Assembly: GCA_964607485.1 (NCBI GenBank)
Contig: CAZSKP010000040.1
Coordinates: 1-16,369, forward strand
DNA: 16,369 nt
From: an uncultured bacterium
GTDB lineage: Bacteria; Abyssobacteria; SURF-5
Reading direction: 5' to 3'
Below the pieces are notes generated by a model, which was not told the DNA's origin, did no database searches, and saw only the letters and a program-made list of their open reading frames with translations. This document shows, piece by piece, positions 8,264-16,369 of this stretch (position 1 is its first letter; each line of letters begins with the position of its first letter). The position numbers were made by a program, and so were the translations under genes.

Positions 8264-8707
8264 ATGGATGATCCTGCCAACCTGTTCGGTGACATAAAGC
8301 GCGCGCAAGAAGAGATGGAACACCTCATGCGGCAGGTGTTTGGACAGACGTTCCCGCTGATGCGCCCATTGGAGGGCAAGTGGCGGCCGAATGTGGATGT
8401 CTTCGAATGCGAGGACAGCATAATTGCGATCGCAGAACTCGCGGGCGTCTCGCGCGAGGACGTCTCCGTAACCTTCGACGACGGGAAGCTGCGCATAAGC
8501 GGAGTCCGAAGAGATGAGGCTCCCTATACATGCAGAAAATATTGCCAGCTCGAGATAAACTACAACGAGTTCGAACGCACAGTGTACCTGCCCGAGAATA
8601 TCGACGCCGACAAGATTACCGCCAAGCTCAGCAACGGCTTCATGATCATCGAGGCGCCCAAAATAAAACCCCAGAACCCGAAGAGTCAGCAAATACAGAT
8701 AGGGTGA
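8264..8707 (+). CDS. Hsp20/alpha-crystallin small heat shock protein
   Basis: WRPNVDVFE, AELAGV, LRISGVR, FERTVYLP, AKLSNGFM.I.APK. ATG at 8264 is better spaced from AAGGA than TTG at 8258. Confidence 0.93.
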   Translation: MDDPANLFGDIKRAQEEMEHLMRQVFGQTFPLMRPLEGKWRPNVDVFECEDSIIAIAELAGVSREDVSVTFDDGKLRISGVRRDEAPYTCRKYCQLEINYNEFERTVYLPENIDADKITAKLSNGFMIIEAPKIKPQNPKSQQIQIG

Positions 8708-8711
8708 TAAG

Positions 8712-11141
8712 ATGACGCCGACCTCAAACGACAGCTCTGCAAACGCCGTCACGACGGCGGAAGAGCCGAAGACGGACGAAACTCAGCGGATACCCGAAGT
8801 GCTGGGAATTCTGCCTCTGAAAAACACGGTAATGTTCCCCTTCACCGTCATACCGCTGTCCGTCGGCGAGAAAAGCTCGATCGCACTCATCGACGAGGCC
8901 GTTTCGGGCTCAAAAATCATCGGCTGCGCGGCCATGAAGGACGCAGCAGGCGAAAGAAAGCCCGAAAATGTTTACGAGTACGGGGCCGCCGTGACCATCC
9001 TCAGGATGATGAAGCTGCCCGACGGGTCCGCCGCCGTGCTCGTCCAGGGCATGTCGAAAATAAAGATCGAGCAGTACGTCTCCCTCGACCCGTTCTTGAG
9101 AGCGCGCGTTCAGACCATCGAGGAGAGCGACGAGCTCTCCACGCGGGGCGAGGCGCTGTTTCGCAACGTGCTCGCGCAGTGTCAGAAGATAATCTCGCTT
9201 ACTCCCTACCTGCCCGACGAGCTCCAGGCGACGCTCATCAACGTCGAATCGGGCATCCGGCTGGTGTACCTCGTGTGCTCCGTGCTCAAGCTCACCATCG
9301 AGGAAAAACAGCAAATCCTCGAGCTGACGACCGTGGAGGCCAAGCTCGAAAGGGTCAGCCATATGCTCAATCGCGAGATAGAGCTGCTCGAGCTCGGGGG
9401 CAAAATCAAGTCGCAGGTCGAAAGCGAAATGACGAAGACGCAGAGGGAATATTTCCTCCGCGAACAGCTGAAGGCGATACAGCAGGAACTCGGCGAGGGC
9501 GACGAACGTCAGGCCGAGATAAAGGAAATTCGGGAGAAACTGGACGCGAAGAAGCTGCCCGAGGAGGCGAAAAAGGAGGCCGAGCGCGAACTTGACAGGC
9601 TGGCCAAGCTCCCCCCTGCGGCGGCCGAATACCACGTCATCCGGACCTACCTCGACTGGATCATCGACCTGCCATGGAATGAATTCACGGAGGACAAGCT
9701 CGACCTCAAGCACGCGCAGGAAGTGCTCGACGCCGACCACTACGACCTCAAGGAAGTGAAGGAGCGAATCGTCGAGTACCTGGCCGTTCGAAATCGAAAG
9801 CCCGACATGAAGGGCCCGATCCTGTGCTTCGTCGGACCGCCCGGCACGGGGAAAACGTCGCTCGGCCAGTCGATCGCGCGCGCGCTCGGAAGAAAGTTCG
9901 TCCGCATGAGCCTCGGCGGCGTCCGCGACGAGGCCGAAATCCGCGGCCACCGCCGCACCTACATCGGCGCGCTCCCCGGCCGAATAATACAGAGCATCCG
10001 ACGCGCCGGCTCGGCCAACCCGGTTTTTATGATGGACGAAGTGGACAAAGTCGGCGCCGACTTCCGGGGCGACCCTTCCTCCGCCCTGCTCGAGGTGCTC
10101 GACCCGGAACAGAACAATTCGTTCCGCGATCATTACCTCGACTTGCCGTTCGACCTCTCGCAGGTCATGTTCATCACGACGGCCAACGTACTGCAAACCA
10201 TCCATCCGGCGCTTCAGGACAGGATGGAGATTCTCGGTCTGGCGGGCTACACCGAGGAGGAGAAGCTCTGGATCGCAAAGAAATATCTGCTCCCGCGCCA
10301 GTTGGAGGAGAACGGCCTCCAGGCGGAACACCTCGAATTCGACGACGCGGCCATCCGCAAGATATGCAATTCCTACACGCGCGAGGCGGGCGTGCGCAAC
10401 CTCGAGCGGACCATCGGAAAGGTGTGCAGGAAGGTGGCGCTCGAGATATCGACCGATAAGAGGAAAGAGGAAAAGATCACCGAGGACAACCTGCACCATT
10501 ACCTCGGTCCCGAAAAGTTCTTCCGCGAGGCCGCATTGAGGACATCCCATCCCGGCGTCGCCACCGGGCTTGCCTGGACCGAGACCGGCGGCGAGGTGCT
10601 CTTCATCGAGGCGCTCTCCATGCCGGGCGGGAAAACCCTCACGCTCACCGGTCATCTGGGCGATGTGATGCAGGAATCGGCCAAGGCCGCGCTCAGCTAC
10701 GTGCGCGCCAAGGCGAAGGACCTCGGGATACCGGAAAACTTCTTCGCGAGGCAGGACATCCACGTTCACGTGCCCGCGGGCGCAATACCCAAAGACGGTC
10801 CCTCGGCCGGCATCACAATGGCCGTGGCCATCGCCTCGCTCCTGACGGGCAGACCCGTCAACAAGGACGTCGCGATGACTGGCGAAATCACGCTCAGCGG
10901 GCTTGTGCTCCCCATCGGCGGAGTAAAGGAAAAGATCCTGGCGGCCAAGCGAGCCGGCATCAAGACGGTGATACTCCCCAAGAAAAACGAGAAGGACCTG
11001 TCGGAGATCGAGGACGAGCCTAAGTCGGGCCTCGAATTCGTCTTCGTCGAGAACATCGACGACGTCCTGAAAGTCGCCCTCACCGACGCGCGAGATGAGA
11101 CGACCCCGAAAAAGCGCGCACCAGCGGGAAAGGCAACGTAG
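8712..11141 (+). CDS. lon: ATP-dependent protease Lon (endopeptidase La)
   Basis: Lon N-domain ([10 protein letters not shown]), Walker [22 protein letters not shown], Walker B MMDEVDK, catalytic PKDGPSAG and GGVKEK. Confidence 0.98.
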   Translation: MTPTSNDSSANAVTTAEEPKTDETQRIPEVLGILPLKNTVMFPFTVIPLSVGEKSSIALIDEAVSGSKIIGCAAMKDAAGERKPENVYEYGAAVTILRMMKLPDGSAAVLVQGMSKIKIEQYVSLDPFLRARVQTIEESDELSTRGEALFRNVLAQCQKIISLTPYLPDELQATLINVESGIRLVYLVCSVLKLTIEEKQQILELTTVEAKLERVSHMLNREIELLELGGKIKSQVESEMTKTQREYFLREQLKAIQQELGEGDERQAEIKEIREKLDAKKLPEEAKKEAERELDRLAKLPPAAAEYHVIRTYLDWIIDLPWNEFTEDKLDLKHAQEVLDADHYDLKEVKERIVEYLAVRNRKPDMKGPILCFVGPPGTGKTSLGQSIARALGRKFVRMSLGGVRDEAEIRGHRRTYIGALPGRIIQSIRRAGSANPVFMMDEVDKVGADFRGDPSSALLEVLDPEQNNSFRDHYLDLPFDLSQVMFITTANVLQTIHPALQDRMEILGLAGYTEEEKLWIAKKYLLPRQLEENGLQAEHLEFDDAAIRKICNSYTREAGVRNLERTIGKVCRKVALEISTDKRKEEKITEDNLHHYLGPEKFFREAALRTSHPGVATGLAWTETGGEVLFIEALSMPGGKTLTLTGHLGDVMQESAKAALSYVRAKAKDLGIPENFFARQDIHVHVPAGAIPKDGPSAGITMAVAIASLLTGRPVNKDVAMTGEITLSGLVLPIGGVKEKILAAKRAGIKTVILPKKNEKDLSEIEDEPKSGLEFVFVENIDDVLKVALTDARDETTPKKRAPAGKAT

Positions 11142-11153
11142 GCTCGAAGCATT

Positions 11154-12380
11154 GTGGACAGAAAACGAGTTGAGGCGAGGCTTAACTTGGCCCGCCATTT
11201 CTTCCAGCATACGTTTCGCCGCCTGTTCGCACAGGAGGCGGCCGACGGGGTCGGCCTGAGCCAGTTCTTCTCGAATTACCGCGCGGACAACATATTCCAG
11301 ATCGAGGAGCACGAGCGGCAACGCTTTTCCACCTATTCGCGCTGTATCCAGTGCAGCATCTGCCAGCCCTATTGCGTCATGTTCAGGGCCGTCGGCTATC
11401 TGGAATTCCCCGGGCCGATGGCCGTCGCGAGCACCCTCTCGCGCGCCCTGTCCGAATTGGGCTCCGCCAGCGGCGTGATATACAACTGCACCCAGTGCCG
11501 CCTCTGCGAGACCGCCTGTCCCGAAAACGCACCCATCGCCGAAATGGTCGGCTTCATACGGAGGTACCTCTACGAGTATTCTCCCGAGTTGGTTCCGAAG
11601 CCGCTCAAAGAGCTCTGCGGCGTCGTGCGGCGGCAGGGAAGCATATTCGAAAAGCCGCCCCCCGACAACATTTACGAAAAGAGATCGGCGGAATATGTGC
11701 TTTTCCTCGGGTGTCAGAGTCGTTTCAAGCAGCCGCAAAGGGTCGAGGCGGCCGTATCGATGCTCAAACGAATTGCGGTCGATTTCACGACGATAGACGA
11801 ACTCTGCTGCGGCGCCCCCCTGAGCGCGGCTGGCTGCGACACCGCGGCCGACCTCGCGCGCGAGAACGTCGAACGCATCCGGGAAAAGAACACGGCGAAA
11901 GTCATCACGCTCTGCCCCCACTGCCTCGTCGAGTTCTGCGAGGGAAGGGAATATGCCGGCATGATCGAGCCGATACACATCGCCGAGCTGCTCCCCCAAC
12001 TGCACCCCGCGGCCACGGGCAGGGAGCCGATCACCTATCACGACCCCTGCATGCTGGGAAGGGCCTGCGGCATTTATGACGAACCCCGCAAGGCGCTCAA
12101 GCGGGCCGGCGCCAATCTGGTGGAAATGAGCTCCTCGAGAGAGATGGCGTTCTGCTGCGGCAACTGGGGAGGTCTCGGCCAGAGCGCGAGAGAGGTGGCC
12201 GAAGCGATAGCCGCGCGGCGTCTCGAGGACGCCCAGGCCGCCGGAGCCGAAGTGCTGCTGACCGAATGCCCCTGGTGCCTCGAAATTTTTCAATCAACGG
12301 CTCTGCCCCACGCCAAACCTCAAGGGGGCAAGCCTCGCGTACGGTCGGTCGTCGAGTATCTGCAAAATCCCGAGGCGTAA
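11154..12380 (+). CDS. (Fe-S)-binding protein with two 4Fe-4S motifs and two CCG domains (GlcF/HdrD-like)
   Basis: [50 protein letters not shown]. Confidence 0.9.
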   Translation: MDRKRVEARLNLARHFFQHTFRRLFAQEAADGVGLSQFFSNYRADNIFQIEEHERQRFSTYSRCIQCSICQPYCVMFRAVGYLEFPGPMAVASTLSRALSELGSASGVIYNCTQCRLCETACPENAPIAEMVGFIRRYLYEYSPELVPKPLKELCGVVRRQGSIFEKPPPDNIYEKRSAEYVLFLGCQSRFKQPQRVEAAVSMLKRIAVDFTTIDELCCGAPLSAAGCDTAADLARENVERIREKNTAKVITLCPHCLVEFCEGREYAGMIEPIHIAELLPQLHPAATGREPITYHDPCMLGRACGIYDEPRKALKRAGANLVEMSSSREMAFCCGNWGGLGQSAREVAEAIAARRLEDAQAAGAEVLLTECPWCLEIFQSTALPHAKPQGGKPRVRSVVEYLQNPEA

Positions 12381-12508
12381 TTCACCCGCCCGGCTCTCAC
12401 ACGCTCTATGGCGCAAAAGGGAGTCCGATGTCAACTTTAAAGGAGGACTCACGATAGTTTTGGCCGAAAGGGCGCCGATGTCCCATTGAAACCGATGGGG
12501 GCGATTGA

Positions 12509-13516
12509 ATGTCTTATCTCAGACATGTAATAATCGGAAGCGGCCCGGCGGGCGTCGAGGCGGCTCGTTCCGTCCGCAATCTGAGCGAACGAGACGAAAT
12601 TGCGCTCGTTACCGACGAGCCCCATCTGTCCTATTCGCGGCCTCTTCTTCCCGACTATGTGGCCGGAAGAGTGTCGCTCGACAGGCTCTGGCTGCATCCC
12701 GAGTCGTATTACAGCGACATCCGCATCGAGGTGCGGCTTGAGACACGGATCGTTTCGGTGAATCCCGACCATAATGTCGTCGTGACCGAGGCCGGCGAGG
12801 AGATGCCTTTTGACAGGCTGCTGATTGCATGCGGAGGACAGCCGAAGCTCCCGTCCATTGAGGGGCTCGCCGATGCCCATGCCGTGACGCTCAAGACGCT
12901 GGCCGACGCGCAGAACATCATCGCCCGCGCCAAGAGAGGCTCAAGCGTGCTCGTTGTGGCGCGCGACCTGGTGGGTGTCGAGATGACGCGCGCGTTTTGT
13001 CAGATGGGCATGAGAGTCACCTACATCGAATGGGGCGACGAACTTCTGCCCCATTTGCTCGACCCGGCCACCGCCGAGGAGCTGGTCCATAAGATGAAAG
13101 CGGCGGGAGTGCACGTCATCGTCGGCGAGAAGATACAGAGGGTCGAAGGCTCTCAGGGGAATGTTTCCGTTCACACGCTGGGGGGAACGCTCACAGGAGA
13201 CATCCTCGCTGTCGCCGTCGGATTGACCCCCGCCCTCGAATGGCTGAAATCGAGCGAAATACGGACCGATGCGGGCGTGGTCGCCGACGAGCGGCTGAGG
13301 ACGAATTACCCGAACATCTTCGCCGCGGGCGACGTCGCGCAGGTGTACGACCCGGGAATCGAGCGGCGACGGCTCCTCTTCGGCTGGAAGAACGCCGTCG
13401 AGCAAGGAAGAATCGCGGGCGCGAACATGTGCGGAGACAGCATCGAGTTCGCAGTCACTCACGCGCCCGGACTCAAACAAATCTTCGGCGTCGATGTGCG
13501 GCACAGGTGGAAATAA
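12509..13516 (+). CDS. FAD-dependent pyridine nucleotide-disulfide oxidoreductase-like protein (rubredoxin reductase/NADH oxidase fold), atypical
   Basis: IIGSGPAG, YSRPLL, FDRLLIACG, RT.YPNIFAAGDVA, W.NAVEQG.IAG.NM. Confidence 0.88.
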   Translation: MSYLRHVIIGSGPAGVEAARSVRNLSERDEIALVTDEPHLSYSRPLLPDYVAGRVSLDRLWLHPESYYSDIRIEVRLETRIVSVNPDHNVVVTEAGEEMPFDRLLIACGGQPKLPSIEGLADAHAVTLKTLADAQNIIARAKRGSSVLVVARDLVGVEMTRAFCQMGMRVTYIEWGDELLPHLLDPATAEELVHKMKAAGVHVIVGEKIQRVEGSQGNVSVHTLGGTLTGDILAVAVGLTPALEWLKSSEIRTDAGVVADERLRTNYPNIFAAGDVAQVYDPGIERRRLLFGWKNAVEQGRIAGANMCGDSIEFAVTHAPGLKQIFGVDVRHRWK

Positions 13517-13534
13517 AGGAAGCGGCGTCGGCCC

Positions 13535-13759
13535 ATGAAGATCTCGCATCAATACCCTCTCGTGGACAGGGAGCTGTGCATCGGGTGCGGCAACTGTCAT
13601 GGCTGCTGCCCCGCCGAGCCGAACGTGTTCGAGATACGCTTCGCTGAAGAATGGGACGAGGAGAAGTCGTTCGTCGTGGAGCCAAACGCGTGCATCGAGT
13701 GCGGGCTGTGTGTCGGTGAGTGCCCCGTGCAGGCCATCAGCCTGATTGGCCCCGACTGA
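13535..13759 (+). CDS. 2[4Fe-4S] ferredoxin
   Basis: CIGCGNCHGCCP and CIECGLCVGECPVQAI. Confidence 0.92.
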   Translation: MKISHQYPLVDRELCIGCGNCHGCCPAEPNVFEIRFAEEWDEEKSFVVEPNACIECGLCVGECPVQAISLIGPD

Positions 13760-13781
13760 AGAGAAAAGGGAGAAGGAAACC

Positions 13782-13949
13782 ATGCCCACAAAACGCAACC
13801 TGATGGTGAAAGTCGTCGACGCCCGCCCGGGCGAAGTCATGAAACTCCTCAAGAATGCAGGCATACAAGTCGTCAGCGTGGTCGAGGTCTATAAGGAAGA
13901 CATCCCGGAACAGGAAGCGGCCAAACCCGCCGACGCCGAGAAGGGTTGA
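13782..13949 (+). CDS. small hypothetical protein (55 aa)
   Basis: RBS GGGAGAAGGA, ATG at 13782, short gap after the ferredoxin, host-like codon usage. Confidence 0.65.
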   Translation: MPTKRNLMVKVVDARPGEVMKLLKNAGIQVVSVVEVYKEDIPEQEAAKPADAEKG

Positions 13950-14041
13950 CCCGCGGCGAAATCCTCACTCCTGAAGATGGCGGCGGCAATACGCATTTGA
14001 CGTCCATCGCGGGCAAATGCTCGGTCACTACCCGTGCGAAC

Positions 14042-14071
14042 TTGACTTTTCACTTTTTAGCACGGTAAGAT
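14042..14071 (+). promoter_or_regulatory. candidate sigma70 promoter
   Basis: TTGACT, 18-nt spacer, TAAGAT, in an AT-rich patch. Confidence 0.5.
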
Positions 14072-14207
14072 TTTATTCAGTTGACCACAGGCGATTTCCG
14101 GCGCGACACGAGACCATGACGCGACGAGTCGTCGAGGCGGGGTATTTCGACGTCCGCTGCGGTCCCCGTGGGAGGTCACGCTCAAGGCCTTCCCGAGGGG
14201 GAAACGA

Positions 14208-14516
14208 ATGAAAAAGCTTGTCTTCCACACCCTGGTTGCCGCCATGGCTCTCGGGCTGCTGTTGGCGCTCATCTTCTTTGGCGTGAGCGCGGCCCACCGG
14301 CCGTCGCACTCAGGGCCCAGCCACAGCGCTCTCCCCTCTCCACCCCTCCACAGCGCTATCGGCGACAGCGACATCTCCACATTGAATGCGCTCCCGGAAG
14401 GAAATGCTCACGCGGATGTCGTAGGGGCCGCAGACGGGCCGACACTCCCCCACGCGGCAGCGCCGCACGAAACCGAAACCGTAAAGTTCGTCGAGGGAAC
14501 AACGTCTGCAGAATAG
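14208..14516 (+). CDS. small exported or membrane-anchored hypothetical protein
   Basis: MKK followed by a ~22-aa hydrophobic segment and a His/Ser/Pro/Ala-rich tail. RBS GAGGGGG. Confidence 0.6.
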   Translation: MKKLVFHTLVAAMALGLLLALIFFGVSAAHRPSHSGPSHSALPSPPLHSAIGDSDISTLNALPEGNAHADVVGAADGPTLPHAAAPHETETVKFVEGTTSAE

Positions 14517-14524
14517 CTCTTGCC

Positions 14525-14908
14525 TCAGGCGCCGGCGGCGATGCGCTTCCTGAGGGCGCGAATGAGGTCGCGCACATCCAGCGGCCTGGCGAAGTAGTCG
14601 TGATTCTCGCCCTCGGAGTCCTGGATGTCGGTCGTGAACAGGATGGGAATATCGGACAGGCGGCGGTCGGCCTGCATGCGGGCGGCGATCTCGAAGCCGG
14701 ACAGCCCCGGCATTATGACTTCGACCACAACGGCGTCGGGAAGCTCTTCTCGGATTCGACCGAGGGCGCCCCGCGGCGAAGAGCACGACACGACACGAAA
14801 CCCCTCCTCCTGAAGCGGCCCCACAATCTCCTCGATGTGAGCCGGGTTAACGTCGATCACGAGCACCTTCGGAAGGGACGTCTTATGTGCGGAATCGCCT
14901 GTCGGCAT
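14525..14908 (-). CDS. single-domain response regulator receiver, atypical (pseudo-receiver)
   Basis: KVLVID, PDAVVVEVIMPGLSGFE, DIPILFTT, DYFARP. ATG at 14908 preceded by GAGGGT; TTG at 14926 is an alternative start. Confidence 0.85.
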   Translation of the reverse strand: MPTGDSAHKTSLPKVLVIDVNPAHIEEIVGPLQEEGFRVVSCSSPRGALGRIREELPDAVVVEVIMPGLSGFEIAARMQADRRLSDIPILFTTDIQDSEGENHDYFARPLDVRDLIRALRKRIAAGA

Positions 14909-14954
14909 CTGCGTTATCACCCTCAAATCGGAGTCACGTCGGCTCTTACATAGT

Positions 14955-15566
14955 TTAAAGCCGTATCTCTATTTTGGCAATCCTGTATATTTTCAGGTCG
15001 CTTCTTCGCTCGAGCAGAACCGGCCTGTAAGCGGGGTTCAAGGGCTCGAGCATCAATTGGTCGCCCTTTCTCGCGTAGCGCTTCACCATTATTCCCTCGT
15101 CCGACTTCGCCAGCACGATGTCGCCCGATTCGTACTGCATGTTGGGCGTGACGAGCAGATAGTCGCCCTCCTGGATTCTCCCCCCCACCATACTGTCACC
15201 TTCGGCGATAACGTAGAACGCGTTGGGGTCCTTCGAATCCGTCAGCTCATAATCCGCGCCGAACCCCGGGGGAAACTCGAGATCGCCGACGTCCAACCAT
15301 TCGCCGCACGACACCTTGTTGATGACGGGAATATACCTGTATCTCGAAGGAATCGGCTGAGGGGCGGAGCTCGATACAATCTCTGTCAGCGATACATTGA
15401 GAGCTCTGGCCAGTCGGGTAAGAACCTCAAGCGATGGATTTTTCTTTCCGCTCTCGATCTCGATAACGTATGACTGGGATATGTCGGCCTTCAGCGCGAG
15501 GTCGGCGCTCGTCATCTTGGGCCGCTTCGATTTTCTCAATGCTCTAATTCTACCACCGACTTGCAA
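14955..15566 (-). CDS. XRE-family HTH plus peptidase S24 (CI/LexA-like) repressor
   Basis: N-terminal HTH (LALKADISQSYVIEIESGKKNPS), IPVINKVSCG cleavage-site region, catalytic GDSM Ser and VKRY Lys. RBS GGGAGAAGG. Confidence 0.93.
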   Translation of the reverse strand: MQVGGRIRALRKSKRPKMTSADLALKADISQSYVIEIESGKKNPSLEVLTRLARALNVSLTEIVSSSAPQPIPSRYRYIPVINKVSCGEWLDVGDLEFPPGFGADYELTDSKDPNAFYVIAEGDSMVGGRIQEGDYLLVTPNMQYESGDIVLAKSDEGIMVKRYARKGDQLMLEPLNPAYRPVLLERRSDLKIYRIAKIEIRL

Positions 15567-15589
15567 CGCAACCTTCTCCCTTCATTTCG

Positions 15590-15618
15590 ATTGTACACGA
15601 GGCTGGCCCGTTTGTCAA
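15590..15618 (-). promoter_or_regulatory. sigma70 promoter for the repressor gene (leftward)
   Basis: On the - strand: TTGACA (15618-15613), 17-nt spacer, TACAAT (15595-15590). Confidence 0.8.
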
Positions 15619-15656
15619 CACAATTCGGCAATGTTTCTTTCGGTAGAAAAAAGCGC

Positions 15657-15685
15657 TTGACAGAATAATCGCTATATGTTATAAT
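15657..15685 (+). promoter_or_regulatory. consensus sigma70 promoter (rightward)
   Basis: TTGACA (15657-15662), 17-nt spacer, TATAAT (15680-15685), with an extended -10 TG. Confidence 0.88.
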
Positions 15686-15702
15686 AATCACCATTAGCGA
15701 TA
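15667..15702. promoter_or_regulatory. two 17-bp operator-like imperfect palindromes
   Basis: AATCGCTATATGTTATA (15667-15683) and AATCACCATTAGCGATA (15686-15702). Implied symmetric consensus ATCGCTA-N-TAGCGAT. They overlap the -10 and +1 of the rightward promoter. Confidence 0.6.
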
Positions 15703-15728
15703 TTATGTTGCGGGCCAATGGAGAGTTT

Positions 15729-15947
15729 ATGAGCGCGGATGTCGAGCAACACACCCTGGAGGAGCTCAAACGCCAGGTGCGGGCCTGGGAAGCCCATATC
15801 GATGAGCTCGGGCTAATCGAGCGGAAAGAGTTTGTCCTCTGGCTTTCCCAAGTCATTGTTCCACAGGAGTTTGCTCTTCTCGTCGACTCGGAGGTGGAAA
15901 GGGGGGCGCTGTGGAAGATCTACCTGCGCGAACGTTATGGGCCTTGA
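15729..15947 (+). CDS. small hypothetical protein (72 aa), first gene of the divergent operon
   Basis: ATG at 15729 after GGAGAG, directly downstream of the rightward promoter. No recognisable motif. Confidence 0.6.
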   Translation: MSADVEQHTLEELKRQVRAWEAHIDELGLIERKEFVLWLSQVIVPQEFALLVDSEVERGALWKIYLRERYGP

Positions 15948-16023
15948 GCGCGGCGGAGCGAGGAGGGCCGTTTCAGAGGAGGACGACCGCCAGGGAGACC
16001 CGGACAGACCGGAGGAGAGCGTG

Positions 16024-16369
16024 ATGGCCAATTATTTCAACGCGAGAGAGACCCTCCCGCCCGAGCTGATAGCGGAGGTAATGCGGCACATTCCAGAGGC
16101 GAGCCGAAGCGGCGCGATGATATATTTCAGCGAGGATTACTATGCGAGCCGGAATGCGGAGATCGGACGGAGCTTTGAAATACTCCAATCCGACCCTTCC
16201 TTCGGCAGCCACCTGGAGATTTACGAAGCTCTTTCGGAGCAATACGGGTTGACACCCCGGCGGATATGTGAGATCGTGAAAGGGGTACGGGGTCAGTGCG
16301 AGAGGCGCGGCCCGTCGAGGCGAAGGTACTCCGGCGTGCGCGTCGGACGGTCCTCGCGCAGGATGAGGG
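16024..16369 (+). CDS. Mor/CD3324-like HTH DNA-binding protein, 3'-truncated by the window edge
   Basis: Absent from the ORF track because it has no stop in the window. RBS GGAGGAG. Hand translation MANYFNARETLPPELIAEVMRHIP..GAMIYF..RNAEI...EALSEQYGLTPRRICEIVK fits the family pattern as I recall it. Confidence 0.7.
   Translation, partial: MANYFNARETLPPELIAEVMRHIPEASRSGAMIYFSEDYYASRNAEIGRSFEILQSDPSFGSHLEIYEALSEQYGLTPRRICEIVKGVRGQCERRGPSRRRYSGVRVGRSSRRMR

Noticed and set aside
8910-12293. 1127-aa antisense ORF spanning lon and the CCG gene
   Set aside because: Codon-aligned shadow of two GC-rich sense genes that share the same frame; no protein motifs.
12421-12503. Short inverted repeats (GAGTCC/GGACTC, CCCAT/ATGGG) and a weak GG-N10-GC before the flavoprotein gene
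   Set aside because: Too short or degenerate to distinguish from chance.
1-16369. tRNA, rRNA, CRISPR array, transposase or integrase
   Set aside because: None recognisable by eye: no regularly spaced repeats or cloverleaf signatures found.

Overview
GC-rich bacterial chromosomal window with an anaerobe-type gene set; the taxon cannot be determined from the sequence. Positions 1-14516 are almost all + strand genes. They encode a 5'-truncated VWA protein, an SDR, a small exported CxxCH cytochrome c, an IscU-type scaffold, a two-subunit class I fumarate/tartrate hydratase, Usp, Nfu, an archaeal-type iPGM (ApgM), two stand-alone desulforedoxin-like proteins, Hsp20-Lon, a CCG-domain Fe-S protein, an atypical FAD oxidoreductase, a 2[4Fe-4S] ferredoxin and two small hypothetical proteins. 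A pseudo-receiver protein follows on the - strand. The right end holds a phage-like genetic switch: an XRE/S24 repressor, back-to-back near-perfect sigma70 promoters, two 17-bp operator-like sites and a divergent operon. That operon includes a Mor/CD3324-like HTH gene missing from the ORF track, and no integrase lies beside the repressor. Other points of interest are a sigma54 promoter followed by a ~90-nt structured, terminated RNA, and a hairpin over the cytochrome's TGA, where readthrough would give C-x3-U-H. Family assignments come from motif recognition by eye; no searches were run.
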